In this document: positions 45,738 to 55,305 of the stretch, piece after piece
Position numbering within the stretch: the first letter of the stretch is position 1
Layout: the number at the start of each line of letters is the position of its first letter
The notes under the pieces: model-generated
What the model was told of the DNA's origin: nothing
Databases searched by the model: none
What the model saw: only the letters and a program-made list of their open reading frames with translations
Translations under genes and position numbers: made by a program
Origin: Candidatus Latescibacterota bacterium
GTDB taxonomy: Bacteria > Latescibacterota > UBA2968 > UBA8231
Length of the DNA stretch: 64,000 nt
Assembly: GCA_965217585.1 (NCBI GenBank)
Contig: OZ244561.1
Coordinates: 4,576,001 to 4,640,000 of the forward strand
Reading direction: 5' to 3'

Positions 45738-46205
45738 ATGAGTGCGGTCCGCCATATTCTCTTGCTGGCACTGGCCTTCATCCTGCAAACCACTTGGATC
45801 GATTCCCTAAAGGTATGGTCGATCAAACCCGATCTATTGATTATGACGTTGAGCTTCATCGCGCTGCGCAGCGGGCCGGTTGTCGGGGCTTATATGGGGC
45901 TGGGGGTCGGCATCCTCCAGGATATATACCTACCCGCCGATCTCGGAGTCAATGCGCTCGCCAAGTCGCTCATCGGCGCGGGCTTCGGCTACAGCCATTC
46001 CCGTATGGTCGCCGACAGCATCCAAGTTCAGACCGCGCTGGTTTTTGGTGCCGTGATCTGCCATGATCTTATTTACTATGTGGGTGCCAGCGCCGATGTG
46101 CCCTTTGAGGTGGGCAGCATCTTGGGCCGCGCCGTGTACACGGGCCTGATCAGTGCGGTTTTCTTCGCCGGCTTGACCCTCAAACGCCATCTCTTTCCCG
46201 CTTGA
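45738..46205 (+). CDS. mreD: rod shape-determining protein MreD
   Basis: KPDLLI, GILQD, hydrophobic; directly upstream of mrdA. Confidence 0.85.
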   Translation: MSAVRHILLLALAFILQTTWIDSLKVWSIKPDLLIMTLSFIALRSGPVVGAYMGLGVGILQDIYLPADLGVNALAKSLIGAGFGYSHSRMVADSIQVQTALVFGAVICHDLIYYVGASADVPFEVGSILGRAVYTGLISAVFFAGLTLKRHLFPA

Positions 46206-46207
46206 TT

Positions 46208-47977
46208 ATGCAACACCAGCTACAACAAGATCCGCCCTTCAAAAGCCTCCTCGCGCCCGTCGTCTTGCTGTTCGCGATTTTGGTCCTGCGTCTGTTCTAT
46301 TTGCAGGTTGTCACCTCGGCTGACTACGCTCGCGAGTCCGAGGAAAACCGCATTGCCCAGCGGCGCGTCAAGGCTCCGCGTGGGCTGATTTACGATCGCG
46401 ATGGCCGCATCTTGGCCCGCACTCGGCCGTTTTACACCGTCTCGTTAGAGCGCACCACGCGCAAGGACTTCGACGCGGCCACCACGGCGTTTACAAAGGC
46501 GATCGGCGACCTAAAAATAGAAGGCGAATACAGCCGCAGATCTCGCATCATCCGCCTCAAGCGCGATGTTGACTTCCGCACGGTATCGATCGTAGAGGAG
46601 CGGCTCAAGGCCGACTGGCCCCTGCTCGATATAGAAATCGAGACCCAGCGTTACTATCCCTACGGTACGGCAGCCGCCCATCTGCTCGGCTATATCGGCA
46701 TTATCCGCGACCAAGATCTACAAAGAAAAAACGATAACGCCTATGTGCTTGGCGACTTTATCGGCAAGACCGGAATCGAGAAGGTGTACGAAAACAGCTT
46801 ACGCGGCCGCGACGGCGTGATGTACATCGAAATTGACGCGATTGGGCGGACGGGTCGGGAGTTTCCCGAACGCGACCGGCTCCCCGTGCCCGGCGAGCCC
46901 CTGCACCTGACCGTTGACTTGGAAGTGCAACTTGCGGCCGAGCGCGCCCTGCCCGACAGCTTGGCCAGTGCGCTGGTCGCACTTGACCCACGTACCGGGG
47001 CTGTGCTGGCCCTGGCCAACAAGCCGGCCTTTGACCCCAATATTTTCGTGTCATTCCAGGCCCAAAAGGAGCGGCGGCGGGTGTTGCAGAGCGAGACCAT
47101 GCTGCTCAACCGCGCCTTACACGGGCGTTATCCGCCTGGCTCGACGCTCAAGATGGTCAGTGCCATAGCCGCGCTCGAAACGGGCGTCACCGATACGCTG
47201 AGTCTGTTTGAGCCCTGCTATGGTTCGCTGACCGTGGGCAGGAGCAGGTTCCGCTGCCACAAACGCGGGGGCCACGGCGGTCTGACCCTCCTAGGGGCGA
47301 TCGAGGCCTCCTGCAACGTCTATTTCTACCATTTGGCTCGGTTGATAAGCATTGAAACGTGGCACGAGTACGCGGCCAAATTAGGCCTCGGCCAGCCGAC
47401 CGGGATCGTCTCCTATCCCGGGGAAGCCGCTGGCCTCCTGCCTTCGCGTCAGTACTACGAAGAGCGCGGCGGCTGGTCCTTCGGCCATCTGCTCAACCTC
47501 TCCATTGGCCAAGGTGCCGTACTGGTCACGCCCATTCAGATGGCCCGCTACGTGGCCGCCATTGCCAACGGCGGCTATTTGGTCACTCCATACATCAGTG
47601 GCGATCCCCCCCCCCGCCAACGCATTGACGGCATTTCGCCGAAAACCTTCGACATCGTGAGAAAAGCCATGCTCCGGGTGGTGGCCAGCGATACCGGCAC
47701 CGGCCGCCGAGCACGGGTTGCCGGCGTCACAATTGCGGCCAAGACTGGTACCGCTCAAGTGCCCAACCGAGACGATGACGCTTGGATGGTGGCCTTTGCT
47801 CCGTACGAGGATCCCGCCATTGTCATAGCGGCCGTGGTCGAAGGGGGCGGCAGCGGTGGAGCGCGAGTCGGCCCGGTTGTGCGCGAGGTCGTCGAAGCCT
47901 TCTGCATCCAAGAGGGCATCATTGAGCCAGAAGTAACCGAGGCTGACACGCTCTTAACTAACCACGGAATGCTTTAG
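46208..47977 (+). CDS. mrdA: penicillin-binding protein 2
   Basis: APRGLIYDR, GKTGIE, SxxK (STLK), SCN, KTGTAQ. Confidence 0.93.
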   Translation: MQHQLQQDPPFKSLLAPVVLLFAILVLRLFYLQVVTSADYARESEENRIAQRRVKAPRGLIYDRDGRILARTRPFYTVSLERTTRKDFDAATTAFTKAIGDLKIEGEYSRRSRIIRLKRDVDFRTVSIVEERLKADWPLLDIEIETQRYYPYGTAAAHLLGYIGIIRDQDLQRKNDNAYVLGDFIGKTGIEKVYENSLRGRDGVMYIEIDAIGRTGREFPERDRLPVPGEPLHLTVDLEVQLAAERALPDSLASALVALDPRTGAVLALANKPAFDPNIFVSFQAQKERRRVLQSETMLLNRALHGRYPPGSTLKMVSAIAALETGVTDTLSLFEPCYGSLTVGRSRFRCHKRGGHGGLTLLGAIEASCNVYFYHLARLISIETWHEYAAKLGLGQPTGIVSYPGEAAGLLPSRQYYEERGGWSFGHLLNLSIGQGAVLVTPIQMARYVAAIANGGYLVTPYISGDPPPRQRIDGISPKTFDIVRKAMLRVVASDTGTGRRARVAGVTIAAKTGTAQVPNRDDDAWMVAFAPYEDPAIVIAAVVEGGGSGGARVGPVVREVVEAFCIQEGIIEPEVTEADTLLTNHGML

Positions 47978-47980
47978 CTC

Positions 47981-49219
47981 ATGCGCCTGCTCCGCGGACT
48001 CGACTTCCCACTCCTAATTGCGACTTTGGCGATCATACTGATCGGTATCATCGCGATCTATAGCGCTACGTATCACAACGACTCCACCGCGGTGCAGAGT
48101 GCTTGGAGTAAGCAGGTCCAATTCGCGATCTTGGCCTTTGTCGTGGCCTTAGCCGTCGTCTATGTCCCGGAAAAGGTCATTTACAGCGTTGCTTACCTGC
48201 TGTACCTGCTCGGCATTGTGAGCCTAGTCGCGGTGTTGGCTTGGGGCACGGGCGACGCTACCCGCTGGTTGCGCTTGGGGCCGTTGATGTTGCAGCCTTC
48301 AGAGATGGCCAAGATCGCGACCATCATCGCCTTGGCGCGCTATCTGAGCGACCGCAGCGTCGAACGCATCAACTCCTTTGGCGGCTTTCTCGGGGCTTTG
48401 TTCCTCATATTAGTGCCGATTGCCTTGATTGTGCGTCAGCCCGACTTGGGGACCGCGGTTTCTTTTGGTGCGCCGCTTTTCCCCATGCTTTATTGGGCGG
48501 GAATGCGCAAGTTCTTCATCTTCCTCGTCATTTCTCCGCTCATCAGCGTCGTCTGCTCCTTAGATCCACTGTGGCAATGGGGCACTCCTTACGTCTTCGC
48601 TACCTTCGTCGTCGGCAGCACCTTCTTAATCCACCATTTTCTGCGTCGGCTCTGGCTGACCATAGCTCTGGCCTTCATCAACACCTCGGCGGGATTGCTT
48701 ACGGTGTACTTTTTGGAGCACTTCCTGCGTCCATACCAGAAGGCCCGCATTATGACCTTCTTCAATCCGGAGAGCGATCCGCTCAGATCCGGGTGGAACA
48801 TCATCCAGTCCAAGATCGCCATTGGCTCCGGAGGACTGACGGGCAAGGGCTTCCTAGAAGGCACGCAGACTAAGCACCAGTTCCTGCCGGCGGCTCATAC
48901 TGATTTTATCTTCTCGGTCATCGGGGAGGAGGGAGGGTTTGTCATGGCCCTGATCGTGCTGAGCCTGTTCTTTTTTCTTATCTATCGGGCGCTGCACATC
49001 GCCTCCATGGCCAACAATGCCTTTTACGGCCTAACAGCCGTCGGCGTAGCCGCGATGCTGACCTTCCACGTGTTCATCAATATTGGCATGACCATCGGCG
49101 TCATGCCAATCACCGGCCTGCCGCTGCCCTTTCTCAGCTCGGGAGGCTCCTCGCTGTTGTCCAATCTCCTCGCCATCGGCCTACTCCTCCACATCGGAAC
49201 CTACCGCCACGAGTACTGA
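47981..49219 (+). CDS. rodA: SEDS protein RodA
   Basis: QPSEMAK, QPDLGT, IAIGSGG, HTDFIF, GLPLPFLSSGGSS. Confidence 0.94.
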   Translation: MRLLRGLDFPLLIATLAIILIGIIAIYSATYHNDSTAVQSAWSKQVQFAILAFVVALAVVYVPEKVIYSVAYLLYLLGIVSLVAVLAWGTGDATRWLRLGPLMLQPSEMAKIATIIALARYLSDRSVERINSFGGFLGALFLILVPIALIVRQPDLGTAVSFGAPLFPMLYWAGMRKFFIFLVISPLISVVCSLDPLWQWGTPYVFATFVVGSTFLIHHFLRRLWLTIALAFINTSAGLLTVYFLEHFLRPYQKARIMTFFNPESDPLRSGWNIIQSKIAIGSGGLTGKGFLEGTQTKHQFLPAAHTDFIFSVIGEEGGFVMALIVLSLFFFLIYRALHIASMANNAFYGLTAVGVAAMLTFHVFINIGMTIGVMPITGLPLPFLSSGGSSLLSNLLAIGLLLHIGTYRHEY

Positions 49220-50278
49220 ATGAGCGTTGCTAGACAGGCCGTTTGCTGCGCCCTGCTCGGCGCGTTTGTCATCAGCAACCCGCAATGCGGTGCCTATCGA
49301 GCCGGGCACGCCCAGCTAGCACACGCCTATTTGCGCGACGGCCTCTACGGCCAAGCCTTAGCCGAAACCCGTCGGGCCATCCGCCAAGACGGGCCGGACG
49401 ACCGCTTGCTCCTCATCGCCGCCCTCGCCCAGCTGGGGCTAGATGAAGTGGATGCCGCGCTGGAGCTGATCGGCCAAGCCCTTGCCTTGGCGCCGGACAA
49501 CGACGATCTGTACAGAGCTCTGCGCGACATTTGCCAAAGAGAAGAGCGCTTCGCTCAAACCGAAGAACTCCTCGCGCGGCTGCGAGCAGACCACGGGCAG
49601 AGCGCGTCGCTGTGGGCGACCGAGGGCTGGCTCCACGCCCGTCAGGAGCGGCTCGCCGCCGCCGTAGAAGCGCTGCGCCAGGCCATCCAACTCGACGAGC
49701 ACCACCTCTTCGCCCACATTGAACTCAGCCGCCTCTTGATTGTCGAGGGGCGACTCGCCGAGGCCGAGGTCGCGCTCTCCGCGGCCGTGCGCATCCAACC
49801 CGATAATCCACAGCTTGTCTTCACCTTGGGGGATTGCCAACTTCGCCAAGGGCTTGCCGAACGGGCCGCTCGCACTTTTGACCGAGCACTGACGGCCGAG
49901 GTCGTCAGTGCAGTTGACATAGCTCGTATTTACTACGAGCACAAGCGGCCCGACCGCGCCATTGAATACTACGAGAGTGCTCTGGCCGGTACTCCAGACG
50001 ATCCTCTGATCCTCAACAACTTGGCTTGGGCCTATGCAGAAGAGGGCCAGCGCCTTAGCTATGCCCTAAATCTGTCGATGCGCGCGGTCAAGCTCGACGC
50101 GGAAAGCTCGGTCTATTTGGATACCTATGCGGAATTGCTGCATCTGTTGGGGCGGCATGCCCACGCGGTGGCCATTATGCGCCAAGCCCTCGCGCTCGAG
50201 CCGACCGACGGCGAGCACCGGGCCTATCTCGAAGGCCAGATGGCGAAATTCCGCCGCGCACTCGCCGCGCGCCTGTGA
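49220..50278 (+). CDS. tetratricopeptide repeat protein
   Basis: Repeated TPR helices (ALALAPDN, ILNNLAWAY, YLDTYA). Confidence 0.85.
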   Translation: MSVARQAVCCALLGAFVISNPQCGAYRAGHAQLAHAYLRDGLYGQALAETRRAIRQDGPDDRLLLIAALAQLGLDEVDAALELIGQALALAPDNDDLYRALRDICQREERFAQTEELLARLRADHGQSASLWATEGWLHARQERLAAAVEALRQAIQLDEHHLFAHIELSRLLIVEGRLAEAEVALSAAVRIQPDNPQLVFTLGDCQLRQGLAERAARTFDRALTAEVVSAVDIARIYYEHKRPDRAIEYYESALAGTPDDPLILNNLAWAYAEEGQRLSYALNLSMRAVKLDAESSVYLDTYAELLHLLGRHAHAVAIMRQALALEPTDGEHRAYLEGQMAKFRRALAARL

Positions 50279-50279
50279 G

Positions 50280-51308
50280 TTAGGTCCGGTAGTGTTGGTA
50301 GTCGATATCGAGGTTTTCTAGCTTTGCGTACAGGCTTTTGCGCGACAGCCCCACGTCTTCGGCCACTTGCGAAATCACCCCGCGGTGTCGGTGCAGAGCC
50401 TCGCAGAGGAAGTGCCGCTCAAATGAGTTCCGCGCTTCCCTAAAACCGCGCTGGCTCAGGTCGAGATCTTCTTCGTCCTTCCAGTGGACGATTTCTTCGG
50501 GTACGTCTTCCTCCCGCAACAAGCTGTCGCTCGCGAGGAGGATCATGCGCTCAAGCGCGTTTTCCAACTGCCGCACATTGCCCGGCCATGGATAGGCCAA
50601 GAAGTGGTTTAAGGCCGCGGCGTCGAGGCCGCGAATTTTGCACCCGTTTTGCGCCGCCAACCGGCGGATAAAGTATTCGATCAACAGCGGAATGTCTCCC
50701 TTGCGCTGGCGTAGCGGCGGCAGCTTGAGTGGCACGACGTTGAGTCGGTAGAAGAGGTCTTCGCGGAAGGTTCCTTTGCGGACCTCCTCCCGCAAATCGA
50801 CGTTAGTGGCGGCGATGACCCGCACATCCACCTGCAAGGTCTCCGCGCCCCCGACTCGCTCGAACTCGCGCTCTTGCAAGACGCGCAACAGGCGCAGTTG
50901 CACGCGCATATCTGCTGCACCAATCTCGTCGAGAAACAAGGTGCCGCGATCGGCTAGCTCAAAGCGGCCTAAGCGCTGGCGGACTGCACCGGTAAAGGCT
51001 CCTTTCTCGTGCCCGAACAGCTCGCTCTCCAATACGCCTTCGGGCAGCGAGGCGCAGCTGAGCCGCACAAACGAGGCCCTGCGCCTTGGGCTGCGCCCGT
51101 GCAAGCGCCTCGCCACTACTTCTTTGCCCGTGCCGCTTTCTCCGGTGAGGAGCACGGTCGCTGGGGACTCGGCGACCCGGTCGGCTTGGGCCAGTAGGCG
51201 GCGGACTTGGGCGTTTTGGGTGATAAATTCGGGATGGTCAGCACGGCGGGGGGAGGACGCGGCTACGCGAGTGGGCGCGTCCGAGTCAGCAGACGTACAA
51301 GAATACAC
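50280..51308 (-). CDS. sigma-54 enhancer-binding protein with no N-terminal sensor domain
   Basis: GESGTGKE, ESELFGHEKGAFTGA, LFLDE, FREDLFYRL, WPGNVRQL, C-terminal Fis-like HTH; only about 27 aa precede the AAA+ domain. Confidence 0.9.
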   Translation of the reverse strand: MYSCTSADSDAPTRVAASSPRRADHPEFITQNAQVRRLLAQADRVAESPATVLLTGESGTGKEVVARRLHGRSPRRRASFVRLSCASLPEGVLESELFGHEKGAFTGAVRQRLGRFELADRGTLFLDEIGAADMRVQLRLLRVLQEREFERVGGAETLQVDVRVIAATNVDLREEVRKGTFREDLFYRLNVVPLKLPPLRQRKGDIPLLIEYFIRRLAAQNGCKIRGLDAAALNHFLAYPWPGNVRQLENALERMILLASDSLLREEDVPEEIVHWKDEEDLDLSQRGFREARNSFERHFLCEALHRHRGVISQVAEDVGLSRKSLYAKLENLDIDYQHYRT

Positions 51309-51353
51309 AGGGAACCTCCCTTTCTTATGTGGATGTTTAATACATAAGTGAAT

Positions 51354-51381
51354 ATGATATGCGAATGGAAACGGTTGTCAA
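51354..51381 (-). promoter_or_regulatory. sigma70-like promoter for the sigma-54 activator gene
   Basis: TTGACA-N16-TATCAT. Confidence 0.55.
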
Positions 51382-51405
51382 GGACGGCCAATGCAGATGG
51401 GGGGA

Positions 51406-52182
51406 TCAGGCCAAGACAGAGGGTCTATCGGCGCAGATCTCGGAAACCAAGCTATTGTAGTTGCTGGTGCCTCTTGACCCTGCGTCGTAGAGCACTACAG
51501 GCTGGCTAAAACCCGGGGCCTCGGCCAAGCTGATGTTACGGCTGATGATCGTCTGATAGACCTTGTCGCCGAAGTAGTTGCGTACTTCTTGGGCCACGCG
51601 GCGACAAAGCCGCAAGCGATCATCGTACAGGGTGAGTAAAACGCCCTCTATTTCGAGGGTGGGGTTGAGATAGCGCCGCACCGAGCGGATGGAATCGCTG
51701 AGCTTGCTTACGCCCTCTAAGGCATAGTACTCGCACTGCACCGGGATGAGCACGGAATCGGCCGCGCTCAGCGCGTTGACCGTGAGCAAGCCCAAAGACG
51801 GCGGGCAATCAATGAGCACAAATTCGTACTGCCCCTTTACCGGGCGCAGGGCTTCGGCTAGCCGCTTGTCGCGCCCGACCATGGCGGCCATTTCCACTTC
51901 GGCACCCGCGAGGCGGATGTGCGAGGGCACTACGAAGAGGCCCTTTATATAGGTGGGGAAGGTCGCCGAGCAGGTGCTGAGCTGGCCTATCAAAACCTCG
52001 TAGGTAGAGGCGTAGTCGCTGCCAAGCTCGGCGTCGCAACCACTGGTGGCATTGGCCTGCGGGTCTAAGTCGATGAGTAGGGTTCGGTGCCCGGAAAGGG
52101 CCAGACAGGCGGCGAGATTGACGGCCGTAGTGGTCTTGCCCACCCCGCCTTTTTGATTGGCGATAGCGATGATTTTGCCCAT
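51406..52182 (-). CDS. parA: ParA/Soj family ATPase
   Basis: [46 protein letters not shown]. Confidence 0.92.
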   Translation of the reverse strand: MGKIIAIANQKGGVGKTTTAVNLAACLALSGHRTLLIDLDPQANATSGCDAELGSDYASTYEVLIGQLSTCSATFPTYIKGLFVVPSHIRLAGAEVEMAAMVGRDKRLAEALRPVKGQYEFVLIDCPPSLGLLTVNALSAADSVLIPVQCEYYALEGVSKLSDSIRSVRRYLNPTLEIEGVLLTLYDDRLRLCRRVAQEVRNYFGDKVYQTIISRNISLAEAPGFSQPVVLYDAGSRGTSNYNSLVSEICADRPSVLA

Positions 52183-52210
52183 GTCGATATTTTGCCCTGT
52201 GAAAGCCTGC

Positions 52211-52370
52211 AAAAAGGCTCAATCAGCTAGATGCGGACCGCGCCCAAGCGCGACTCCGTGCTATTTAATGAGCAATACTCAAGCGGGCCGACTGACCGCT
52301 CCCAGAAAAAAAGGGAGCCGTCAAAACTGTACTCGGGGGAGTTGTACAGAAGGCCCTAATCACCGCCTCC
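52211..52370 (-). ncRNA. candidate structured leader RNA upstream of parA
   Basis: Nested stems predicted by eye, with G-U pairs favouring the minus strand; ends in U5; 5' end matches the predicted TSS. Confidence 0.4.
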
Positions 52371-52375
52371 AATTC

Positions 52376-52403
52376 AATATAAAGAGGCGTAACGGCTCGT
52401 CAA
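52376..52403 (-). promoter_or_regulatory. sigma70-like promoter for the parA leader
   Basis: TTGACG-N16-TATATT. Confidence 0.5.
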
Positions 52404-52551
52404 GGGTTTGTGCCAATTTGGTTGCAGTCGATACAAAAAATACATAAGGTCTTATAAAATAAATATGTTATATATTTAAGCAATCGATTGTAATCCCTGC
52501 GCAGCAAGGTTTTTGGGCCTGTGGCGGGCGATTTCTTATTATTGTTTTTCT

Positions 52552-53746
52552 CATGCTACGCGACAAAACGAGAAAGACCTACCCCTGAATTGACCGGAGA
52601 TTAAGTTTGGAGTGCCGAAGTCCATGTTCCCCGATCACCAGGAGCAGGTCTATGTCGCCTCAAACTACCGATTTATACACGGCGATGCAATGGCATCTGC
52701 CGTGGCACAAAGCCCGGGTCAAGTTCATCGCCGCCTTCGTGTTAGCCTTAATCCAGGTGACCACGGTAAACCTGGTTCGCATCGCCAACGGCTTGAATGG
52801 AAACGCCGATAGAAAATCAAACTATCGTCGCATCCAACGCTTTTTTGCTCTGTTCGACCTCGACTATGATCTGCTGGCCGAACGGGTGGTCAGGCTGTTA
52901 CCGCCCCGGAAAGATTGGCTGATCACCTTGGATCGCACCCATTGGCAATTCGGTCAACTTCAGATCAATATTCTGTTGGTCGGGATCGTCTTTCAAGGGG
53001 TCGCCTTTCCGCTCTACTGGACGATGCGGCCCAAGAAAGGCAACTCGAATACCCAGGAACGTATCGCCTTGATGGAACAGGTCCTCGCCCTGTTGGGTCC
53101 CCAACGGATTCGCGCCGTGGTGTGCGATCGGGAATTCATCGGCCAAGCTTGGTTCCAGTGGTTGGATCAACAGGGACTGACCTATCATATTCGTATTCGC
53201 GAGAAGGCCGTGCTGCCCAGTCCCAAGCCGTCTTCCGCGGTGCGTACTCTCTTCCTCGATCTGCCGCAAGATCAGGCACGGATCTTGCGCAAGCGGAGAT
53301 GGATCTACGGGCAAGCCGTGTTCCTTTCCGCGATTCGGTTAGCCGATGAATATCTCATCGTAGCCAGCAACCAGGACAAGGCCCGAGCGTTGTCTCGCTA
53401 CCGGAAACGCTGGGGAATAGAAGTGCTTTTTTCGGCGCTGAAAAAGCGCGGCTTCGACTTCGAGCAGACCCATCTGACCCAGATTGAGCGCATCCGCAAG
53501 TTAGTGGCGCTGTTGGCCCTCGCCTTCACTTGGGCGCATCTGGTTGGCATCTGGTTAGCCCAGCAGAAACCGTTGAAAATCAAGAAGCATGGATACCCCG
53601 AGCAGAGCTTGTTCCGCTATGGATTGGATCACTTGCAGTACCTGTTGCTCAATATTCAGGAGAAGCGCAACGACTTTGCCGAATGCGTCTGGTTATGGCG
53701 GTGTCCACCTGGGAGCATCGCAGAATAGGTTTTGTCGTGGAGCATG
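52552..53746 (+). mobile_element. IS4-family insertion sequence, 1195 bp
   Basis: TIRs CATGCTACGCGACAAAAC / GTTTTGTCGTGGAGCATG (16/18); 8-bp TSD GTTTTTCT at 52544-52551 and 53747-53754. Confidence 0.93.
52652..53728 (+). CDS. IS4-family DDE transposase
   Basis: LDRTHW, CDREF, YRKRWGIEVLFSALK (Y-2-R-3-E-6-K signature). Confidence 0.93.
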   Translation: MSPQTTDLYTAMQWHLPWHKARVKFIAAFVLALIQVTTVNLVRIANGLNGNADRKSNYRRIQRFFALFDLDYDLLAERVVRLLPPRKDWLITLDRTHWQFGQLQINILLVGIVFQGVAFPLYWTMRPKKGNSNTQERIALMEQVLALLGPQRIRAVVCDREFIGQAWFQWLDQQGLTYHIRIREKAVLPSPKPSSAVRTLFLDLPQDQARILRKRRWIYGQAVFLSAIRLADEYLIVASNQDKARALSRYRKRWGIEVLFSALKKRGFDFEQTHLTQIERIRKLVALLALAFTWAHLVGIWLAQQKPLKIKKHGYPEQSLFRYGLDHLQYLLLNIQEKRNDFAECVWLWRCPPGSIAE

Positions 53747-53781
53747 GTTTTTCTTATATAAAATCGCAGAAGCGAGAAACG

Positions 53782-54582
53782 ATGAAAAGCGATTCCACGT
53801 TCTCAGAATTAGTTGCTATCATGGCACATCTGCGCGGCCCCAACGGCTGCCCTTGGGACCGCAAGCAGACGCATGCCACGCTCAAACCCTACCTATTGGA
53901 GGAGACGTACGAGGCCCTCGAAGCCATTGACGCGGAAGACGACGCCGAGCTATGCAAGGAGCTGGGCGATGTGTTGCTACAAGTGGTGTTCCACGCCCAG
54001 ATCGCGGCCGAGGAGGGCCGCTTCGACATCGAGGCGGTCGGCCAAGCCATCGTCGATAAGCTGATTCGCCGCCATCCCCATGTCTTCGACGATGCGAGTG
54101 TGGACGGGGCCGACGAGGTTCTGCGCCGCTGGGAGCAGATCAAAAAGCAGGAGCGCCAGGAGCAAGGGGAAGCCGCGCCCTCGTCGTTGGAAGGCATTCC
54201 CAAGCGTCTCCCCGCCCTAATGCGCGCCCATCGGATCCAAGCGCGAGTCGCACAGCAGGGGTTTGATTGGGACGATATTGATGGCGCACTCGACAAGGTC
54301 GAAGAGGAATTCGCCGAAGTGCGCAAGGCTTGGGAGATGGGTGGGGCCGCGGCTGTCGAGGAGGAGTTTGGCGACCTGCTCTTCTCGTTGGTCAACGCCA
54401 GCCGCTTCCTCAACGTAGAGCCCGAACAGGCACTCAGGCGTGCAGTTGCCAAGTTCGAGCGCCGCTTCCGCGCCCTAGAGGAGGCTGTGCATGCGCGAGG
54501 CGAGGAAGTATCCGCGCTCTCACTGGCAGCCCTAGACGAGATCTGGGACGAGGTGAAAGCACGCGAAAGGGTCGAAGAATAA
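53782..54582 (+). CDS. mazG: nucleoside triphosphate pyrophosphohydrolase
   Basis: GCPWDRKQT, EETYE, ELGDVLLQVVFH, RRHPHVF, GFDW, EEFGDLLF. Confidence 0.95.
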   Translation: MKSDSTFSELVAIMAHLRGPNGCPWDRKQTHATLKPYLLEETYEALEAIDAEDDAELCKELGDVLLQVVFHAQIAAEEGRFDIEAVGQAIVDKLIRRHPHVFDDASVDGADEVLRRWEQIKKQERQEQGEAAPSSLEGIPKRLPALMRAHRIQARVAQQGFDWDDIDGALDKVEEEFAEVRKAWEMGGAAAVEEEFGDLLFSLVNASRFLNVEPEQALRRAVAKFERRFRALEEAVHARGEEVSALSLAALDEIWDEVKARERVEE

Positions 54583-54591
54583 GGAGGCGAC

Positions 54592-55305
54592 ATGGAACTG
54601 GCGCTCGACAGGGTTCCCCTCCGCGTTGATGTGCTCTTTGTCTCCACGGTCGTGGGCGTTTTGGCGCTCTCGGTGCTGGCCGTGCACGCCGCTGTCCAGC
54701 GCGCGGGACAGGCCGCCGACCTGTGGACGATGCGGGCGGCCATTGGAGCGGTACTCTGGTTAGTGGCGACCGGGCTGGCCGCGCTCTCGGGCGAGCTGCG
54801 GAGCTTTTCGCTACCCCTCTTCACAGGCTTGATGATCCTAACGGGCGGTGCGGCCTTTTCGCGGGTGGGGGCCGCGCTGATGGCTACGGTCGGCCCCGTC
54901 GGGCTGATTGGCTTCCAGTTTTTCCGCGTGCCGGTTGCCATGTTCATCCACGGGATGTACCAGGTCGGGCAGGCACCGGTGCAGATGACTTACGAGGGGC
55001 TCAACTTCGACATCTTCACCGGCTTGACCGCACCGGCCATGGCTTGGCTGGTCTGGCGCGGCAAGGTGGGATCCTACGCGATATGGGCTTGGAATGCGTT
55101 TGGGCTGGTGCTGCTGGCCGAGGCGGTCGTCGTCGCGGCCCTCTCCATGCCGACGGAGTTCCGCGTCTTTACCAACGAGCCGGCTAGCACGTTTGTGACC
55201 TACGCACCCTACGTCTGGCTGCCGACGGTCTTGGCACCAGCCGCCCTATTGGGTCATTTGTTGGTATTGCGCTGGCTGTTGGCAAGCTGCTCCGGGTCGA
55301 GATAA
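54592..55305 (+). CDS. hypothetical integral membrane protein
   Basis: RBS AAGGAGG; about seven TM segments; FQFFRVP, GLNFDIFTG, WNAFG motifs. Confidence 0.7.
   Translation: MELALDRVPLRVDVLFVSTVVGVLALSVLAVHAAVQRAGQAADLWTMRAAIGAVLWLVATGLAALSGELRSFSLPLFTGLMILTGGAAFSRVGAALMATVGPVGLIGFQFFRVPVAMFIHGMYQVGQAPVQMTYEGLNFDIFTGLTAPAMAWLVWRGKVGSYAIWAWNAFGLVLLAEAVVVAALSMPTEFRVFTNEPASTFVTYAPYVWLPTVLAPAALLGHLLVLRWLLASCSGSR

Noticed and set aside
52400-52420. Sigma-54 promoter at TGGCAC (also near 18023)
   Set aside because: The GC dinucleotide is not at the required GG-N10-GC spacing.
52447-52473. dif-like site AGGTCTTATAA-AATAAA-TATGTTATAT
   Set aside because: The XerD arm is one base short of the 11-6-11 geometry, and the region is AT-rich enough for a chance match.
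55254-55305. Convergent 3' overlaps (also 25764-25804, 4617-4630, 40119-40126)
   Set aside because: Short tail overlaps are common in compact genomes and there is no further signal.
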